64,000 bases of DNA, taken from contig NW_003314277.1 in NCBI RefSeq assembly GCF_000143415.4, positions 69,426-133,425 on the forward strand, in the 5' to 3' direction. Shown one piece after another: positions 60,101 to 64,000 of this stretch. How positions within the stretch are numbered: position 1 is the first letter of the stretch; the number at the start of each line of letters is the position of its first letter. This DNA comes from Selaginella moellendorffii. Its lineage: Eukaryota > Plantae > Lycopodiophyta. The notes beneath the pieces were generated by a model, which was given only the letters and a program-made list of their open reading frames with translations, was not told the DNA's origin and did no database searches. The position numbers and the translations under genes are program-made.

Positions 60101-62209
60101 GCAATCTCTTGGATGAGCTTAAGGAGTTTGTTGACTTTGACTCCTTTATCACTGATACTCGCGTGAAGGTTTTGTTGAGGGACGCCTCTACAGATTTGAA
60201 GGGTGACAAGTTTGCGTTATTCGAAATACGAGATGGAATCCTGGTGAAAAAGGGATGTGTAGTGGTTCCTCGTGTTGACAAACTCATCAAACAAATTTTG
60301 GTTGAGTGTCATGATGTGCCAAGTGCTGGGCATCTAGGGGTATTGAAAACGTATATATTGGTGAAGAGGCATTTCTTTTGGCCTGGGATGAAGTCAGATG
60401 CTGAGAAGTACATATATGGTTGTTTGACTTGCTAAGCGGTCAAAGTTGATCATCAGAAGCTTCTTGACCTCTATCATCCTTTACATGTACCCGAGAATAA
60501 ATGGGATAGCATCTCAATAGACTTTATCATTGATTTGCCCAAAACCTTTTGAGGAAATGATGCTATTTGGGTTGTTGTGGATCGTTTAACGAAAATGGCT
60601 CACTTCTTCCTTGTGAAGACAACGATAAAAGCTTTTGAACTTGCTCAATTGTTTGTAGACCGATTATTCAATCTCTATGGTTTGCCAGGTGACATTGTGA
60701 GTGATTGGGATCCCAAGTTCACGTCCAAGTTTTGGCAAACGGTCTTTGAGAAGCTAGAGACTAAGCTGAGCATGAGTAGTGGTGAACATCCACAATCTGA
60801 TGGGCAGACAGAGCGCATGAATCAGCTATTAGAAAATATGCTAAGGTCTTTTGTGGGAAACTTGACTCAATAAAGAGTATGGGAAAAATACTTGCCTTTG
60901 CTTCAGTTTTCTCACAATTGCACTCATCAATCGGCTATTGGCATGTCTCCCTTTATAGTGATGTATAGTTATGAGTCTAAGTCTTTTGTGAGTTTGAATT
61001 TGGCTTTGATTTGGGTACCTCATACTTGTGATTTCTTGGAGGATATGCAAAATAAGCTTTAGTTAGCAAAGTTGAATATGTGGCAAGCTCAAAAGTGAGA
61101 CAAAAGATTGGCTGATGAGCATCATCGTCATCAAGAGTATAAAGTTGGTGACAAGGTTTTCCTTATGCTGTCAGATGCACAATAGTCTCTGAAAGGAGGT
61201 GGCAGTGCTAAATTGTCTCCATGGTATTGTGGACCTTGAACAATTTTACAGCAGATAGGGGATCTTGCATACACTTTGGACTTGCCAGTTAATTTGAAGA
61301 TTCATCCAACATTCCATGTGAGCAAACTTAAAGCGTGTTTGCACTCTGGTGATATTGTGGATCAGTCCATCATCCAGGTTTCAGAGATGTAGAGAAAGTT
61401 GGTCCAGCCAATATTCTTGCTCAAAGATTGGTGAAAACACACTGGAAGACCACTAAGGAGTTGTTAGTTCAATGGAATGGTTATTCTATGGACAAAGCTA
61501 TATGGGAAACTGAAAATGACGTGAAGAGAGTGTTTCTGAGTTTTGGTTATGACTTGAATGACATTCCTGAGGAAGGGGAGAATTGAGTTCTATAGCCATA
61601 TTGCTATATTATTTGAGCTATATGTTCTATTCTCATTCTTTTGTTTCTATTACCGTATTGTCATATGAGAAAGCCGTATTACTTTCTTTCTTTCGTGGCT
61701 ATTTGTTGCGATGTTGATGTTGCCATTTGCACATTTTTTCTCCATGGCTGTATTGCCTTGGACTCCCTTCATATGAGGCTTGTTTAGCTTCTTGAGGCTA
61801 TTGTATGTGGCTGGGTCATGCGGGAGGGAGAATGACATGAACCACAGGAATATTCCAAGAATATTCCATGGCCTATGGGATTTAAAGCCATAACACCTTA
61901 AGAGTTGGGAGGTTGGCCTAGGGTTCGCTCTCTTGTTCGTTTCACAATTGTTCATGCATAACACATTTAGAGCTCTCCAAGATCAAAATCACGGATGGTG
62001 GCAGAGGAGCTCGTGTGGCAACACAGGTGAGTCTCTCTCCTCAGCCAAGCCATCTTGAGCATATGCTACAGGTTCACAAGTAGTTCCTGTGCATAATCAA
62101 GATGCCCGACTTGGGCACTATGGTGGAAGTGCATAAGCAGTGAGCATTACATTCCAGCAAGCAGGATCAAGCTCTGGCATTCTTTCAAAGAATGTCAATT
62201 ACATTTTAA

Positions 62210-62826
62210 GTCTGGAGTCTTACAATATGATTATACAATACAAAATGATATATATGGTCCTTTAAGCATGACAAAGTGCTCCCCTGCGAGTAGAGCTGCT
62301 CCACCACCGTTTGTCCCGTCATTTGCTCCACTGCAAATGCCCACACCAATCCAACCATTGCCTGTTTGGCAGGTTCACATTAGTTACTTGGTTGATCTAG
62401 AAAAAAACACGAAGAAAAATCACTAATTGCTTACCAGTCTTCTGTTGATCATTTCTGGGCCAGCTCCATCAAACGCCATCAAGCTGGGGAACGATCGATC
62501 GCCAGTCTCTAGTCGCCTCTCAACCTCTGGCCTGGGATAGAGCGATCCGGACAATGGGACGGCTCCAAACACGGAGCGCTTCTCCGACTCGTTCTCGGCC
62601 TGGTTCTTGAGCACTCCTCGCGGGTTATCTCCTTCTTGGTGCCGTCGAGAACGCCACTGATGCCGCCATCACCACCATCCCTTGATTTGTTCAAGGACAC
62701 TCTTACTACTACTAGATTTCTTGTCCCGATGGAGCTTGTGGGCGATTGCGATTGGACATGGATTTTGTTGGAGATGAGCGAGGAAGAAGAGAGAGCTGTG
62801 ATACCACTGCCTGAGATGAGTGCCAT
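62210..62826 (-). pseudogene. ELIP copy 5, pseudogene
   Basis: 1-bp deletion near 62614, most of exon 2 replaced by ~55 bp of filler (62221-62275), ABRE mutated to ACATGGC. Confidence 0.9.
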
Positions 62827-63293
62827 TGTTTTGAGCTGCAAGTTAGCTAGCAAAAAATTCAACTGTGCAATGAGCTACTTTCTTTTACGTTTGAGATAAA
62901 GGTACTTATATGGTATGGGGACCGTACATGGCAAAATTTAGATCCTGGCTCGTGTCCACTGTATGTGTCACACATCTTTTGCGGTGAAAATGGCCGAAGG
63001 TGAAACTTCTCTAGAGAATGCAAGGTGTGATATTTTGGGCTTTCATTTTGTTTTCCAATCAAATTCGTACACAGGGATGCTCTTTTGTCTGCACAATAAG
63101 CATGTTAATGTAATGCTGTTACTTTAAAATATTAAACAAGATTGTGTTGCATTGTAGCAACCCTTGGTTTGTTTTTGTTTTTAAATATTTTTTATTACTA
63201 TATATAATTTTTTATAATCTGTCCAATATGCAGGTGTTATTCCTGCTTTTGTATATATTACATCTTTTATCCATATAAGATTTAAATTCGGCT

Positions 63294-63894
63294 CCATATG
63301 TTTTTTTCATCTATTGGGTTGTAAAAAAAATATGGAAAGTAAAAATATTATCATTCCCTACTTTTAAAAAAACTATGGCATTTTTAATGTAGATGTTAAT
63401 GAAAGTAAGATATTTTCATGTGTTCAATTTGTTTAGCTTTGTAAGTTGTTTTTATAAATTCATGATGCTGACCTTTAGATTATTTGGTAAAAAAGGAAAA
63501 AAATTATTGCAATAACTCCTTTACATAAATATATATGTTTATAATAAATAGAAAAAATGCAACTTATAAGTGACTCACACAAATCCACTAAATCCAGGAC
63601 AATGATTCTTTAAACTTCTTATAATCCCTTGGGCTTGATTCAGCAGTTTATATAATCATTAAATTTGAGGAGTCTAATTCGTATGTATTCAAATAAACAA
63701 ATATAATGCAATCCCTTTTGGAAATAGATAATTGCAAGTTTGTTTTGATTTTTCATTATTATTAATAAGCACTTCTTTGTCTCAAAATCTCATATGAATC
63801 AACATTCATGATATAAGCTGTTGTTGTTATCATGAGTGCAATATTTATTTTTTATTTGATTTTACAAGACAAAGTTCCTCTCTATACAGATGTG
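63294..63894. repeat. Right arm of the ~600-bp inverted repeat
   Basis: Reverse complement of 55121-55721. Confidence 0.9.
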
Positions 63895-64000
63895 GAGGTT
63901 TCAAACTCACCCAGGCGTTTTCACTATAAAGAAGAGGAAGAGAGTTGAGTGAGACATAAGACAACATCATGGAAAACTCGTACAGTCTTGAAGAACCAAA

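Larger units (their letters stand above)
56203..61944 (+). mobile_element. Decayed Ty3/Gypsy chromovirus
   Basis: LTR homology between 56252-56359 and 61838-61944. Degenerate Met PBS at 56361. gag knuckle ~57990, protease ~58245, RT (YFDDIL), RNase H (VETDAS), integrase, chromodomain (LLVQWNGY..DKAIWETE, ~61400-61540), PPT ~61569-61581. Many stops. Confidence 0.9.

Noticed and set aside
55121-63894. Confirmed TIR DNA transposon
   Set aside because: No TSD or transposase found, and the arm looks like intron plus exon start (…CTATACAG|ATGTG). Kept only as an inverted duplication.

Overview
Compact eukaryotic land-plant DNA. Short 50-75 nt GT-AG introns, tightly packed genes and many intronless PLS-class PPR genes fit a lycophyte such as Selaginella; this is inferred, not proven. 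The window holds a dispersed array of ELIP (early light-induced protein) genes: 4 intact, 1 pseudogene and 1 3' fragment. It also has five long PLS-PPR genes plus a PPR pseudogene, a SPOUT1-type methyltransferase, a KIN17-like gene lacking its zinc finger, a BAHD acyltransferase, an AAE15/16-type acyl-activating enzyme, a germin-like gene, and SR45, RCL1 and ABCC relics. A ~360-aa intronless orphan family (2 intact copies, 1 pseudogene, 1 diverged fragment) carries a PD-(D/E)xK/Crinkler-REase-like motif series and repeatedly lies just downstream of ELIP. A 4.3-kb PPR/orphan/ELIP module is duplicated with reciprocal gene loss. There are two decayed Ty3/Gypsy elements. One sits in a microsatellite, has a tRNA-Ala-like PBS, and has its RT segment cleanly inverted. 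The other is a chromovirus whose gag start is interrupted by a 561-bp Cassandra-like TRIM with 5S-rRNA-derived Pol III promoter boxes in both LTRs and a 5-bp TSD; this is the most striking hidden element. There is one 100-N assembly gap.
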